Part shown: positions 22,210 to 31,245 of the stretch, piece after piece
Layout of the letters: each line of letters starts with the position of its first letter
Numbering within the stretch: position 1 is the stretch's first letter
From: an uncultured delta proteobacterium
GTDB taxonomy: Bacteria > Myxococcota_A > Polyangia > Haliangiales > Haliangiaceae
Direction: 5' to 3'
DNA length: 64,000 bases
Assembly (NCBI GenBank): GCA_963848295.1
Contig: CAWKDB010000011.1
Coordinates: 64,001 to 128,000, forward strand
Program-made: the position numbers and the translations under genes
The notes under the pieces: generated by a model
What the model saw: the letters and a program-made list of their open reading frames with translations, nothing else
What the model was told of the DNA's origin: nothing
Database searches by the model: none

Positions 22210-22803
22210 TCATGCGCGAAACATCACGTCGCTGCGCAGCACGTACTTGACGCCGGTTCGAACGACGCTGCCCTCGTGAACGAGCATGTGCTGGAACAGC
22301 AGCGCGCTGCCGGTGGTCGGCTTCACGACCTCGTCGTAGTCGAGGAACGTCGTCTCGCCACCCGAGAAATCGTCGTTGAGATAGACCATGAACGTCAACA
22401 AGCTACGCTCGTCGCGCGAGCGCTCGAACGAGCCGTCGCGGTGCGGTGCAAACCGTTGCCCGGGCTCGTAGCGATAGCAGCGAAACCGCTCGTTCAAGCC
22501 GATCGGCTTCATGTCGCACAGCGATGCGGGCAACGACGACGCGACCCGATCGAACAGCGCGCGAGCGAGCGCAGGGTCGTCGAACATCACGCGCTTGTTG
22601 TTGCGCACGTCGGGGCGCATCACGATGCCCGCGGCGGTCGACACCGGCGCGTCTTCGGGCCCGAGCGCCTCGATCCGCTCGATGAGCTGCACGCACTGCG
22701 CGCCGGGCATTACTTCCGGCAGCGTGAACGCGAGCGGACCGCGGAGATCGAAGCTGTCGCCGTCGATGTACGGTCGTTGCATGCCGCGGATGATGACGTC
22801 CAT
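22210..22803 (-). CDS. 2OG-Fe(II) oxygenase (prolyl 4-hydroxylase-like)
   Basis: LNERFRCYRY, HRD, YLNDDFSGGET, HEG, KYVLRSD. Confidence 0.88.
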   Translation of the reverse strand: MDVIIRGMQRPYIDGDSFDLRGPLAFTLPEVMPGAQCVQLIERIEALGPEDAPVSTAAGIVMRPDVRNNKRVMFDDPALARALFDRVASSLPASLCDMKPIGLNERFRCYRYEPGQRFAPHRDGSFERSRDERSLLTFMVYLNDDFSGGETTFLDYDEVVKPTTGSALLFQHMLVHEGSVVRTGVKYVLRSDVMFRA

Positions 22804-22866
22804 GGCTATTCGTGTACAATGAACATTAACAAGCGCAAGCGCGATTCGAGAGCCAGCAACCGTGCG

Positions 22867-23211
22867 TCACGGCAGATTGCTCGCGATATCGTCGGCCGTC
22901 CCGAACACGCCGTCGGGACCGGCGGACGTCACGGTCAACCGCGAATTGCTGCACGCGCCGCGGAAGTGATGATTCCATTCGTCGTTCAACGAGCCGAGCA
23001 CGTGGTGGAACGCCACCACCGTCTGGTCGCAACCGGCGTGGTGGTCATGGCGCCAGTCGGACAGGCCCACGAACGCGATCCAATCCACGGTGTGCTGAAC
23101 GCCGCGGATCTGTTCGGCGAGCGATCGCTTCGCGTTGTTGCGATGGTGAACGAACCAGCCGGTGCCGGCGATCGTGACGATGATCAACAGGGTCTTCTTG
23201 AAACGGGTCAT
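22867..23211 (-). CDS. Small membrane-anchored protein with GspG C-terminal-like motif
   Basis: N-terminal TM LLIIVTIAGTGWFV; C-terminal SAGPDGVFGTADDI. Confidence 0.65.
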   Translation of the reverse strand: MTRFKKTLLIIVTIAGTGWFVHHRNNAKRSLAEQIRGVQHTVDWIAFVGLSDWRHDHHAGCDQTVVAFHHVLGSLNDEWNHHFRGACSNSRLTVTSAGPDGVFGTADDIASNLP

Positions 23212-23349
23212 GACCGACCGTAGAGCAAGCGCGCGGCCGGCCCCGCGACCGCGATAACACCGCGATCGCACGTCGTCGAACGTGCATCAGTTGCCGAACC
23301 GGCAGATCCACCGGTCCCGTCCGCGCCACCGCGGCGCGCGGGCAGCCGT

Positions 23350-24488
23350 CTACAGCTCGTCGCCGGCGAAGGTCAGCACGTCGTCGATGGTCGGCGCGCC
23401 GGTCGCGAGCATCACGAGCCGATCGAACCCGAGGGCGATCCCTGCCGACGGCGGCAGGCCTTCGTGAAGCGCGGCGAGCAGCTTGGCGTCGAGCGGATAG
23501 ACCGGCTTGCCGCGCGTGGCGCGATCGCGCAGCTCGGCCTCGAACCGCGCACGCTGCTCGACCGGATCGGTGAGCTCGTCGAACGCGTTCGCGAGCTCGA
23601 TGCCGCCGACGTATGCTTCGAACCGCAGCGCGGTCGAAGGCGCATCGGGCTTGCGGCGGGCGAGCGCGGCGAGCGGCGCTGGCCAGTCGACGAGGAAGAT
23701 CGCATGATCGAGCTGCGCGAGCTTCGGCTCGACGCGCGCGACGAACGCGGTGAAGAACACGTCGTCCCACGCGAGGCCGTCGGCGAGCTCGATGCCGGCG
23801 GCGCGGACCTTCGCGCCGAGCGCGGCGGCCGATTCGTCTCCGCCGACCGCGACGCCCGCCCAGTCGCGCATCGCATCGCGGACCGCGACCTTGGCCCAGG
23901 GCGACGCGATCGCGATCTCGCGCCCGCCGACGCGAGCCGTGGTGCCGCACGCGGCTTGCGCGAGCTGCTCGACATCGTCCGCGATCGCGTCGAGCGACTC
24001 GTACGCGCGATACCACTCGACCATCGTGAACTCGCTCGAGTGCTGTGCGCCGCGCTCGTTCGCTCGGAAGCATCTGCAGACCTGAAGATCCGCTCGAATC
24101 CGCCGGCGAGCAGTCGCTTCATCTGATACTCGGGCGACGTGATGAGATAACCGTCGCCGGCGCGGACGGCCTCGAGATGGAGCTCGAGCCCCGGGCTCGG
24201 CACGAGCAGCGGCGTCTCGATCTCGAGAAAGCCTCGCCGCTCGAAGAACGCGCGCAGCTCGCGCAACACCCGCGCGCGCTCGCGCAGCCGATCGAGCCGC
24301 AGCCGCGGCAAGCGCATGACCTCGCTGCCGGGCGCCGGATAATCGCCGCCCGTCCACGCGCGCGCGACGCGCTCGTCGTCGACCAGGTCGCCGGGCTTCC
24401 ACCCGGGCCGTGCGGTCAGCCGCGCATCGCGACGCTCGCCACGCACGACAGCGACATCGCCATCGATCGCGAGCACCCGCCCTTTCAT
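23350..24488 (-). CDS. epmA: EF-P lysine aminoacylase (frameshift near 24083)
   Basis: GFLEIETPLL, YLITSPEYQMKRLLA, FRANERG..HSSEFTMVEWY, RFEAYVGGIELANAFDEL, GIALGFDRLVM; directly downstream of efp. Confidence 0.92.
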
Positions 24489-24495
24489 CGGCGCT

Positions 24496-25062
24496 CTAGG
24501 TCTTCGTGACGCGCTCGACGTACTCGTGCGTGCGCGTATCGATCTTGATCAGGTCGCCGACCCGAATGAACAACGGCACGTCGACCGATCCGCCGGTCTC
24601 GACCGTCGCCGGCTTCTTGACGTTGCCGCTGGTGTCACCGCGCACGCCGGGCTCGGAGGCGGTGACCTCGAGGAACACGAACGTCGGGAGCTGGACATCG
24701 ATCGCGCGCTCGTTGAAGAACAGCACCGTGCACGGCAAGTTGTCCTTGAGCAGATCGGCGGCTTTGCCGACCATCTCCGCGCTGACCGAGACCTGCTCGT
24801 AGTTGCTCTGGTCCATGAGCACGAGATCGGTGCCCTCTTTGTAGAGGAACTGCATCTCGCGCTGATCGACGTTCGCGGGCTCGAGCTTCTCGCCCGATCG
24901 GATGTTGATTTCCTTGGTCTTGCCGTTGAGTAGGTTCTTGAACACCGTCCGCGTGAAGGCCGCGCCCTTGCCGGGCTTCACGAACTGGAACTCGACGATG
25001 GTCCACGGGTTGCCATCCATCAGTACCTTGAGGCCCTTGCGAATATCGGACGTGTCGTACAT
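24496..25062 (-). CDS. efp: Elongation factor P
   Basis: VKPGKGAAF (modifiable Lys), PGVRGDT, KPATVETG, VPLFI, YVER. Confidence 0.97.
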   Translation of the reverse strand: MYDTSDIRKGLKVLMDGNPWTIVEFQFVKPGKGAAFTRTVFKNLLNGKTKEINIRSGEKLEPANVDQREMQFLYKEGTDLVLMDQSNYEQVSVSAEMVGKAADLLKDNLPCTVLFFNERAIDVQLPTFVFLEVTASEPGVRGDTSGNVKKPATVETGGSVDVPLFIRVGDLIKIDTRTHEYVERVTKT

Positions 25063-25172
25063 GGCGCCGGGCGGTTTACCCCGCGCTGCGTGGGCCTGTC
25101 AAACCCAGAATCCGTCGAGAACGCGGGCGTTTGCGCCTTGCCGGTCGCGCGATCGTGTGCGATCTCAACCGC

Positions 25173-25694
25173 GTGGACGCCTCGTCACACTACCGCCAGC
25201 TCGTCCAGCTCGGGCGGGACGAGTTTTTGGCGGCCGCGGCGCCGGCCGCGCTCGTCCGCCACCGGGTCGAGGCGGTCGACGCGGCTGCCAGCGGAGCGTC
25301 GACGATGACGCTCGACGACCAGCTCGACGACCACAGCGAAGAGACGCTCCCCCACGGCAAGGATCTGCCCGATCAGGTCGAGCTCGAGGTCTACCCGCTG
25401 AGCAAGAAACCGGGCGCGTCGTTTCCCGATCGGATCACGATCGGACGCACCAGCAACAACGACATCGTGATCATCGACAACTCGGTGTCGCGACTGCACG
25501 CCTACGTGCGGCGCGACGGCGCGGCGTGGCTCGTCGCAGACGCCGGTTCGAAGAACGGCAGCTCGGTACGCGGTGCGACGCTCGAGCCGCGCAAAGAGCA
25601 ACCGCTAGCGTCGCGGATGATCGTTCGGCTCGGCGACGTGGACCTCACGTTCTACATCGCGGCCGATCTATATGCCGCGCTCGGAGGCGTATGA
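25173..25694 (+). CDS. FHA domain protein
   Basis: ITIGRTSNNDIVI..SVSRLHA...DAGSKNGS: intact phosphothreonine-binding residues; start uncertain. Confidence 0.85.
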   Translation: MDASSHYRQLVQLGRDEFLAAAAPAALVRHRVEAVDAAASGASTMTLDDQLDDHSEETLPHGKDLPDQVELEVYPLSKKPGASFPDRITIGRTSNNDIVIIDNSVSRLHAYVRRDGAAWLVADAGSKNGSSVRGATLEPRKEQPLASRMIVRLGDVDLTFYIAADLYAALGGV

Positions 25695-26059
25695 CCGACT
25701 GGGATCAACGGCAACTGTGTCCAGACGGGAGCTGCACCGGGCTGATCGGCAGCGACGGCCAGTGCAAGGTCTGCGGCCGCGCCGCGCCGAACTGGGGCGA
25801 CGAGCGCACGCGCGGGCTCGCGACCGACGATGAGGACGACTCCGAGGACGAGGATGAGGACGAAGGCGATGACGACGAGGCCCCCGACGCGCAGGCCGCG
25901 GACGACGACGCAGACGAGGAAGATGACGACAAGCCACACGCCGCCGACGACGACGCCGCGTACGAGTGGTCGCGCCGCAAGCTGTGCCCGGACGAGGCGT
26001 GCGTCGGCGTGCTCGGCGCGAACAACAAGTGCAAGGTCTGCGGCAAAGGGCCGGGATGA
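25691..26059 (+). CDS. Small acidic protein with two CPDxxC...CKVC metal-binding repeats
   Basis: GGAGG SD; ATGA overlaps on both sides; duplicated R.LCPD..C.G.[IL]G....CKVCG motif flanking a D/E-rich linker. Confidence 0.8.
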   Translation: MTDWDQRQLCPDGSCTGLIGSDGQCKVCGRAAPNWGDERTRGLATDDEDDSEDEDEDEGDDDEAPDAQAADDDADEEDDDKPHAADDDAAYEWSRRKLCPDEACVGVLGANNKCKVCGKGPG

Positions 26060-26724
26060 CCCGCGTCACGATCGTCGGCGCGGGCGGGCTCGGGGGCCCG
26101 ATCGCGTTCGCACTCGGAGGCGCGGGGCTCGAGCTGTCGATCGTCGACCCCGACGTCGTCGAGCTGTCGAATCTGCATCGCCAGATCCAGTTCACCGCCG
26201 CCGACATCGGCCATGCGAAGGCGCCATTGCTGGCAGCGGCGGTCGTCGCGCGTGGCGGCCGAGCTCGCGGTTACCAGCTCGCGTGGAGAGCCGAGGATGC
26301 CCACGAGCTTGCCGGCGATCTGATCGTCGATGCGAGCGACAGCCCGACCACGAAGTTCGCGGTCGCGGATTGGGCGGTGGCGACCGGTCAGCCGTACGTG
26401 ATCGCGGCGGCGCTGCGCTTCGGCGGCAATGCGTTCGCCGGCGCACCGGGGTCGGCGTGCTATCGCTGCCTGTTCGAGGAGCCCGCGATCGCCGAGACGT
26501 GCGACGGCGCCGGCGTGCTCGGTCCGGTGGTCGGCGCGATCGGCGGGGTCGCGGCCGCGTTGGCGCTCGGTCTGTCGTACGGCGAGCACGGCCACGCCGG
26601 CTCGATCTTCACGTTCGATGATCTGCGGACCTCGACCGAGCCGCGCATCGTCAAGCTCGCTCCACGCGCCGGTTGCCCGGCCTGTGCGCGCGCGCCGCGA
26701 CGGGTCGAGGCGGCGCATGCGTGA
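26056..26724 (+). CDS. ThiF/MoeB-family E1-like adenylyltransferase lacking the N-terminal RYxR helix
   Basis: VGAGGLG, DPDVVELSNLHRQ, DASD, CYRC, ETCDGAGVLGP, CPAC. Confidence 0.88.
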   Translation: MTRVTIVGAGGLGGPIAFALGGAGLELSIVDPDVVELSNLHRQIQFTAADIGHAKAPLLAAAVVARGGRARGYQLAWRAEDAHELAGDLIVDASDSPTTKFAVADWAVATGQPYVIAAALRFGGNAFAGAPGSACYRCLFEEPAIAETCDGAGVLGPVVGAIGGVAAALALGLSYGEHGHAGSIFTFDDLRTSTEPRIVKLAPRAGCPACARAPRRVEAAHA

Positions 26725-27124
26725 CGAGCAGGTCACACGCTACGCTCGACACATCCAGCTCGCCGACATCGGCGAAGCCGGCCAGACCGCGCTGACGGTC
26801 GCGCGCGCACGCCTGCCCTTGCGCGAGAGCGCCCCGGCGGCGGAGCTCATCGCCGCGAGCTATCTCGCCGCTGGCGGCGTCGGCACGATCGCGGTGGCGA
26901 ACGCGACCGACGAGCAGCGTGCCGCGCTCACCGCGCTCGGGCCTGATTCGCGGATCGTCGAGCGCCTCGACGACGCAGGTTCGCCTCGGGGCGGCGGCGT
27001 CGACGTGACGCTCGCGCAACGCCCGGCCTGGTGGCCGGCGGCGATCGGCGATCAGGTCGCCCTCGCGTTCTGGCGCGGTAGCGTCGCGGCGGCGGCGTGG
27101 ATGGTCGCGACCGCGAGACGGTGA
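26717..27124 (+). CDS. Degenerate ThiF/MoeB-like protein retaining the arginine-finger helix
   Basis: EQVTRYARHIQLADIGEAGQTAL and YLAAGGVGTI; lacks GxGxxG, SNLxRQ and the zinc cysteines. Confidence 0.75.
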   Translation: MRDEQVTRYARHIQLADIGEAGQTALTVARARLPLRESAPAAELIAASYLAAGGVGTIAVANATDEQRAALTALGPDSRIVERLDDAGSPRGGGVDVTLAQRPAWWPAAIGDQVALAFWRGSVAAAAWMVATARR

Positions 27125-28371
27125 TGGCCGTCGTCATCTCCCCGCGAGCTCGCGCCGAGCTGTTCGAGCGAGCCGCGGCCGCGCGCAGCGTCGAGTGTTG
27201 CGGCTATCTCGTCGGGCCGCGCGGCGCCGAACAGATCGACACGGTCGTCGCATGTGACAACGCCGCCGCCGAGCGCGCGACCCGGTTCGCGTTCGGCGAT
27301 GCGGATCTGCTCGCGTTCGTGCGCAGCTTCGACTCCGACCGCCCTGCCCGCGCGATCTATCACTCGCATCCGAACGGGCGCGCGTACTTGTCCGAGACCG
27401 ACCGCGCGGTGGCCGCAACCCGAGCCGGCCCGGTCTACCCGGTCGACCACATCGTGATCGGCGGCGACGAGGCGAAGCACTTCGCGTGGTCGGCCGTCGC
27501 GAGCGACTTCGTCGAGATCGCCCGCTGGCGTGCTACGGTTTCGCCGATGTCCGAGAAGCTCGACGCGCTCTCCGCCGCGCTCACCGACTATGGCCGCCTC
27601 GTCGTCGCGTTCTCGGGCGGCGTCGACTCGGCGTTTCTGCTCAAGGTCGCGATCGATGCGCTCGGCGACCGCTGCCACGCGATCACGGCGGTGTCGCCGA
27701 CGATGGCGCGCTCCGAGATCGACGATGCGCGCGCACTCGCCGCCGAGCTCGGCCTCGGCGATCGCCACCACGTCGTCGAGTCACACGAGCTCGAGGTCCC
27801 GGGATTCGCCGACAACCCCGCGCACCGCTGCGCGCTGTGCAAGACCGAGCTCATGGACATCGCGGCTCCACTCGCGGCTCGACTCGACGCGCCGGTCGCG
27901 CTCGGCACGAACGTCGATGATCTCGGCGACGTCCGCCCCGGCATCGCCGCGGCCCGCGATCGCGGTGCACGGATGCCGATGGTCGACGTGCAGCTGACGA
28001 AGCTCGAGATCCGCGCGCTGTCGAAGCAGCTCGGCCTCCGTACCTGGGACAAGCCCCAGCTCGCCTGCTTGTCGTCCCGGTTCCCGTACGGCACGCAGAT
28101 CACGCCGGACCGCCTGCGCCGCGTCGATGGCTTCGAGGACGCGCTGCGCGCGCTCGGGTTTCGTCAGGTCCGGGTCCGCTTCCATGACGCGATCGCGCGA
28201 CTCGAGCTCGACCTGGCCGAGCTGGCCCGGCTCGTCGAGCCCGGCGTGCGCGAAGCGGTCGTCGCCGCCGGCAAGAAGCTCGGGTTCACCTACGTCGCGG
28301 TCGATCTCGCCGGCTTTCGTTCGGGCTCGCTCAACGAGCTGCTGCCGCTCGGAGTCCGGAAGTCGTCGTGA
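27121..28371 (+). CDS. larE: JAB/MPN metalloprotease domain in frame with a LarE-family ATP-dependent sulfur transferase (LarE part 27547-28371)
   Basis: JAB: ECCGYLVG...YHSHPNGRAYLSETD. LarE: VAFSGGVDS, RCALCK, GTNVDDLGDVRPG, WDKPQLACLSSRFPYG, QVRVR, GFRSGSLN. Confidence 0.85.
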   Translation: MMAVVISPRARAELFERAAAARSVECCGYLVGPRGAEQIDTVVACDNAAAERATRFAFGDADLLAFVRSFDSDRPARAIYHSHPNGRAYLSETDRAVAATRAGPVYPVDHIVIGGDEAKHFAWSAVASDFVEIARWRATVSPMSEKLDALSAALTDYGRLVVAFSGGVDSAFLLKVAIDALGDRCHAITAVSPTMARSEIDDARALAAELGLGDRHHVVESHELEVPGFADNPAHRCALCKTELMDIAAPLAARLDAPVALGTNVDDLGDVRPGIAAARDRGARMPMVDVQLTKLEIRALSKQLGLRTWDKPQLACLSSRFPYGTQITPDRLRRVDGFEDALRALGFRQVRVRFHDAIARLELDLAELARLVEPGVREAVVAAGKKLGFTYVAVDLAGFRSGSLNELLPLGVRKSS

Positions 28372-28925
28372 CCCGCGCGCTGCTCGTGCTCGTCGCGATC
28401 GCGGGCGTCGCGGCCGCAAGGACGACGCCGAAGAAGCAAGACGTCGCCAAGCAGACGCATCACGGCGCGGTGCCGGTCGCTGGTACGAAGCCGGCGAAGC
28501 TCGTCAACCTCTACAACCAGTGGACGCACGAGTGGCTCGCGGTAGATCCCGCCGCGCTGCCGTCGCAGGCGACCGTCGATCATTTCCTGCGCGATCACTA
28601 CACGAACAAGTGGACGCATATGGATCCGAAGCTGCTCGGATTTCTGATCGCCGCGGCCACGAGCTTTCACGCCGACGTCGTCGAGGTCGTGTCGGGGTTT
28701 CGCCACCCGAAGTACAACTTGATCCTTCGCAAGAAGGGCCACCAAGTCGCGCGCGACAGCCAACACACGCATGGCAACGCGGTCGACTTCTACATCCCGA
28801 ACATCACGACCCAGCAGCTCCACGCCTGGGCGAAAGCGCAGCACGCCGGCGGCGTCGGACTCTATCTCGAGAGCAAGTTCGTCCACATGGACACCGGCCC
28901 GGTGCGCTACTGGTCTGGCGACTAG
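28368..28925 (+). CDS. YcbK/DUF882 family peptidase M15 (peptidoglycan endopeptidase-like)
   Basis: Signal peptide; SGFR...N..LR...VARDSQHTHGNAVD, GGVGLY, FVHMDTG. Confidence 0.88.
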   Translation: MTRALLVLVAIAGVAAARTTPKKQDVAKQTHHGAVPVAGTKPAKLVNLYNQWTHEWLAVDPAALPSQATVDHFLRDHYTNKWTHMDPKLLGFLIAAATSFHADVVEVVSGFRHPKYNLILRKKGHQVARDSQHTHGNAVDFYIPNITTQQLHAWAKAQHAGGVGLYLESKFVHMDTGPVRYWSGD

Positions 28926-28956
28926 CGCTCCGCCGCCTTCTGATCGACAATGGCTC

Positions 28957-29688
28957 ATGCGCGCAGCGCTCACCGTGCTGTTAGCGGCGTGCTCCTTTCA
29001 TCCGCCGGGCGAACAACCGCAGCTCGACGCACCGGCGCCGCACGATGTGCGCGCGAACGACAGCCGCGTTGCGGACGCCATGGGCGATTCGTTCGTCGCG
29101 CGCGACTGCGCGCTCGAAACCGACGATGGCAGCCTCGACAAGTCGGGCACGACCGGCGACAACGGCGGGTCGCCGAGCGCATCGATCGAGTGCGACGCAC
29201 CGACCGATATGATCGTCGGGATCGCGTTGCAGATCAGCAATCAGAACACCGTGTACGGCGGGAGGTCGGCGCTCGCGATCGACATCTCGTGCGCGCCGGT
29301 CACGGTCCACCCGGACCAGTCCGCGACGGTCGGCACGATCTACACGCACGAGGCGTCCGGCCTCGGCACGTATATGTGGTCCCCGGCGACGCTGACCTCG
29401 ACCGCGCAGTGCGCCGCGGACTCCGTCGTGACCGGGATCGATGCTCATACGACCGGCTCGAACGATATGTTCGAGGACGTCACGATCACGTGCTCGCAAC
29501 TCGGCCCCGACGGCGCGCTGACCGGCAGCACCGCAGCGATCTACATCGCCGGTTCGCAGACCGACGCCCAGGGCGATACGCCAGCCTCGTGCAACACCGG
29601 TGACGTGCTGCGTCGACTCGATCCCGACACAGGCGCCGGCCTCGATTCGGTCACGCTGCGCTGCGCGCCAGCGCAATGTCAGCCCTGA
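28957..29688 (+). CDS. Lipoprotein with three Cys-bracketed repeats (possible beta-prism)
   Basis: Lipobox LAAC; three units C....[IV].G[IL]....D.[VI].[IL].C. Confidence 0.7.
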   Translation: MRAALTVLLAACSFHPPGEQPQLDAPAPHDVRANDSRVADAMGDSFVARDCALETDDGSLDKSGTTGDNGGSPSASIECDAPTDMIVGIALQISNQNTVYGGRSALAIDISCAPVTVHPDQSATVGTIYTHEASGLGTYMWSPATLTSTAQCAADSVVTGIDAHTTGSNDMFEDVTITCSQLGPDGALTGSTAAIYIAGSQTDAQGDTPASCNTGDVLRRLDPDTGAGLDSVTLRCAPAQCQP

Positions 29689-29707
29689 CCGGCGGTAGGA
29701 TGGCAGG

Positions 29708-31222
29708 ATGTCGCCGTGGGCTTGGCTAACCATCGGCTTCGCCGCATTCCTCGCGCTCGTTGCCGTGCACGACCTGACGCAGAAGCGCCATGCGATCCTG
29801 CGCAACTTCCCGATCGTCGGTCATTTCCGCTACTGGCTCGAAGCGATCGGGCCCGAGATCCGGCAATACATCGTCACCTCGAACGACGAGGAGCGGCCGT
29901 TCTCGCGCGATCAGCGGCGGTGGGTCTACTCGTCGGCGAAGAAGGAGAACAACTACTTCGGGTTCGGCACCGACAACGACATCGAACGCCCCGGCTACAT
30001 CTTGATCCGCCACAGCGCGTTTCCGATCCACGTGCCACACCCCGGCGAGCACGGACACGATCCGTCGTACAAGCTGCCGTGCATCCGCGTGCTCGGCGGC
30101 TATCGCGAACGCAAGCTCGCGTTCCGGCCGACGTCGATCGTCAACACGTCCGCGATGAGCTACGGGTCGCTGTCGTCGTCGGCGGTCGAGGCGATCAACC
30201 GCGGCGTCGAGCTGGCGGGTGCGCTCCAGAACACCGGCGAAGGCGGCATCTGCGAATTCCACCGCAAGGGCGGCGAGATCATCTGGCAGATCGGCACCGG
30301 CTACTTCGGCTGCCGCAACGCGAACGGCTCGTTCTCGATCGAGCGCTTCCTCGAGTCGGTCGCATCGGCGAAGGTCCGCGCGATCGAGATCAAGCTGTCG
30401 CAAGGCGCGAAGCCCGGGCTCGGCGGCGTCCTCCCTGCGGCGAAGGTCACGCCGGAGATCGCGAAGATCCGCGGCATCCCTCTCGCGAAGGACTGCATCT
30501 CACCGGCGCAGCACTCCGCGTTCTCCGACACGTCGAGCATGCTCGACTTCATCGAGATGATCGCCGATCGCACGGGCTTGCCGGTCGGGATCAAGAGCGC
30601 GGTCGGCGACCTCGGGTTCTGGCGCGACCTCGCCCAGCAGATGGGCAAGACCCATCGCGGTCCAGACTTCGTCACGATCGACGGCGGCGAAGGCGGCACC
30701 GGTGCGGCACCGCTCGTGTTCACCGATCACGTCGCGCTGCCGTTTCGGCTCGGCTTCACCGAGGTCTATCGCACGTTCGCGGAAGAAGGCGTGCAGCATC
30801 AGGTCGTGTTCATCGGCTCGGGCAAGCTCGGATTCCCGGAGAGTGCGCTGCTCGCGATCGGCCTGGGCTGTGACCTCGTCAACGTCGCGCGCGAAGCGAT
30901 GATGTCGATCGGCTGCATCCAGGCGCAGCGCTGCCATACCGGCCGCTGCCCGACCGGCGTGGCCACGCAGAACAGGTGGCTCATGCGCGGGCTCGATCCG
31001 ACGCTGAAGTCCGCACGGCTCGCGAACTACCTCGCGACGCTACGCAAGGACCTGACCAACCTCGCCGCCGCCTGTGGTCAGCCGCATCCGTCTCTCGTCC
31101 CGCTCGACTCGCTCGCGATCGTGCAAGACAACGGCGTGACCTCGGCGCGCGAGTTCTACCGCTATCAGGCCGACTGGGGCTTGCCACCCGCCGCCGACGC
31201 CGCCGCTCATCGCGCGGCATAG
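29708..31222 (+). CDS. FMN-binding glutamate synthase family protein
   Basis: [59 protein letters not shown]. Confidence 0.92.
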   Translation: MSPWAWLTIGFAAFLALVAVHDLTQKRHAILRNFPIVGHFRYWLEAIGPEIRQYIVTSNDEERPFSRDQRRWVYSSAKKENNYFGFGTDNDIERPGYILIRHSAFPIHVPHPGEHGHDPSYKLPCIRVLGGYRERKLAFRPTSIVNTSAMSYGSLSSSAVEAINRGVELAGALQNTGEGGICEFHRKGGEIIWQIGTGYFGCRNANGSFSIERFLESVASAKVRAIEIKLSQGAKPGLGGVLPAAKVTPEIAKIRGIPLAKDCISPAQHSAFSDTSSMLDFIEMIADRTGLPVGIKSAVGDLGFWRDLAQQMGKTHRGPDFVTIDGGEGGTGAAPLVFTDHVALPFRLGFTEVYRTFAEEGVQHQVVFIGSGKLGFPESALLAIGLGCDLVNVAREAMMSIGCIQAQRCHTGRCPTGVATQNRWLMRGLDPTLKSARLANYLATLRKDLTNLAAACGQPHPSLVPLDSLAIVQDNGVTSAREFYRYQADWGLPPAADAAAHRAA

Positions 31223-31245
31223 TAGAATGCGCTAACGTCGCCGCG

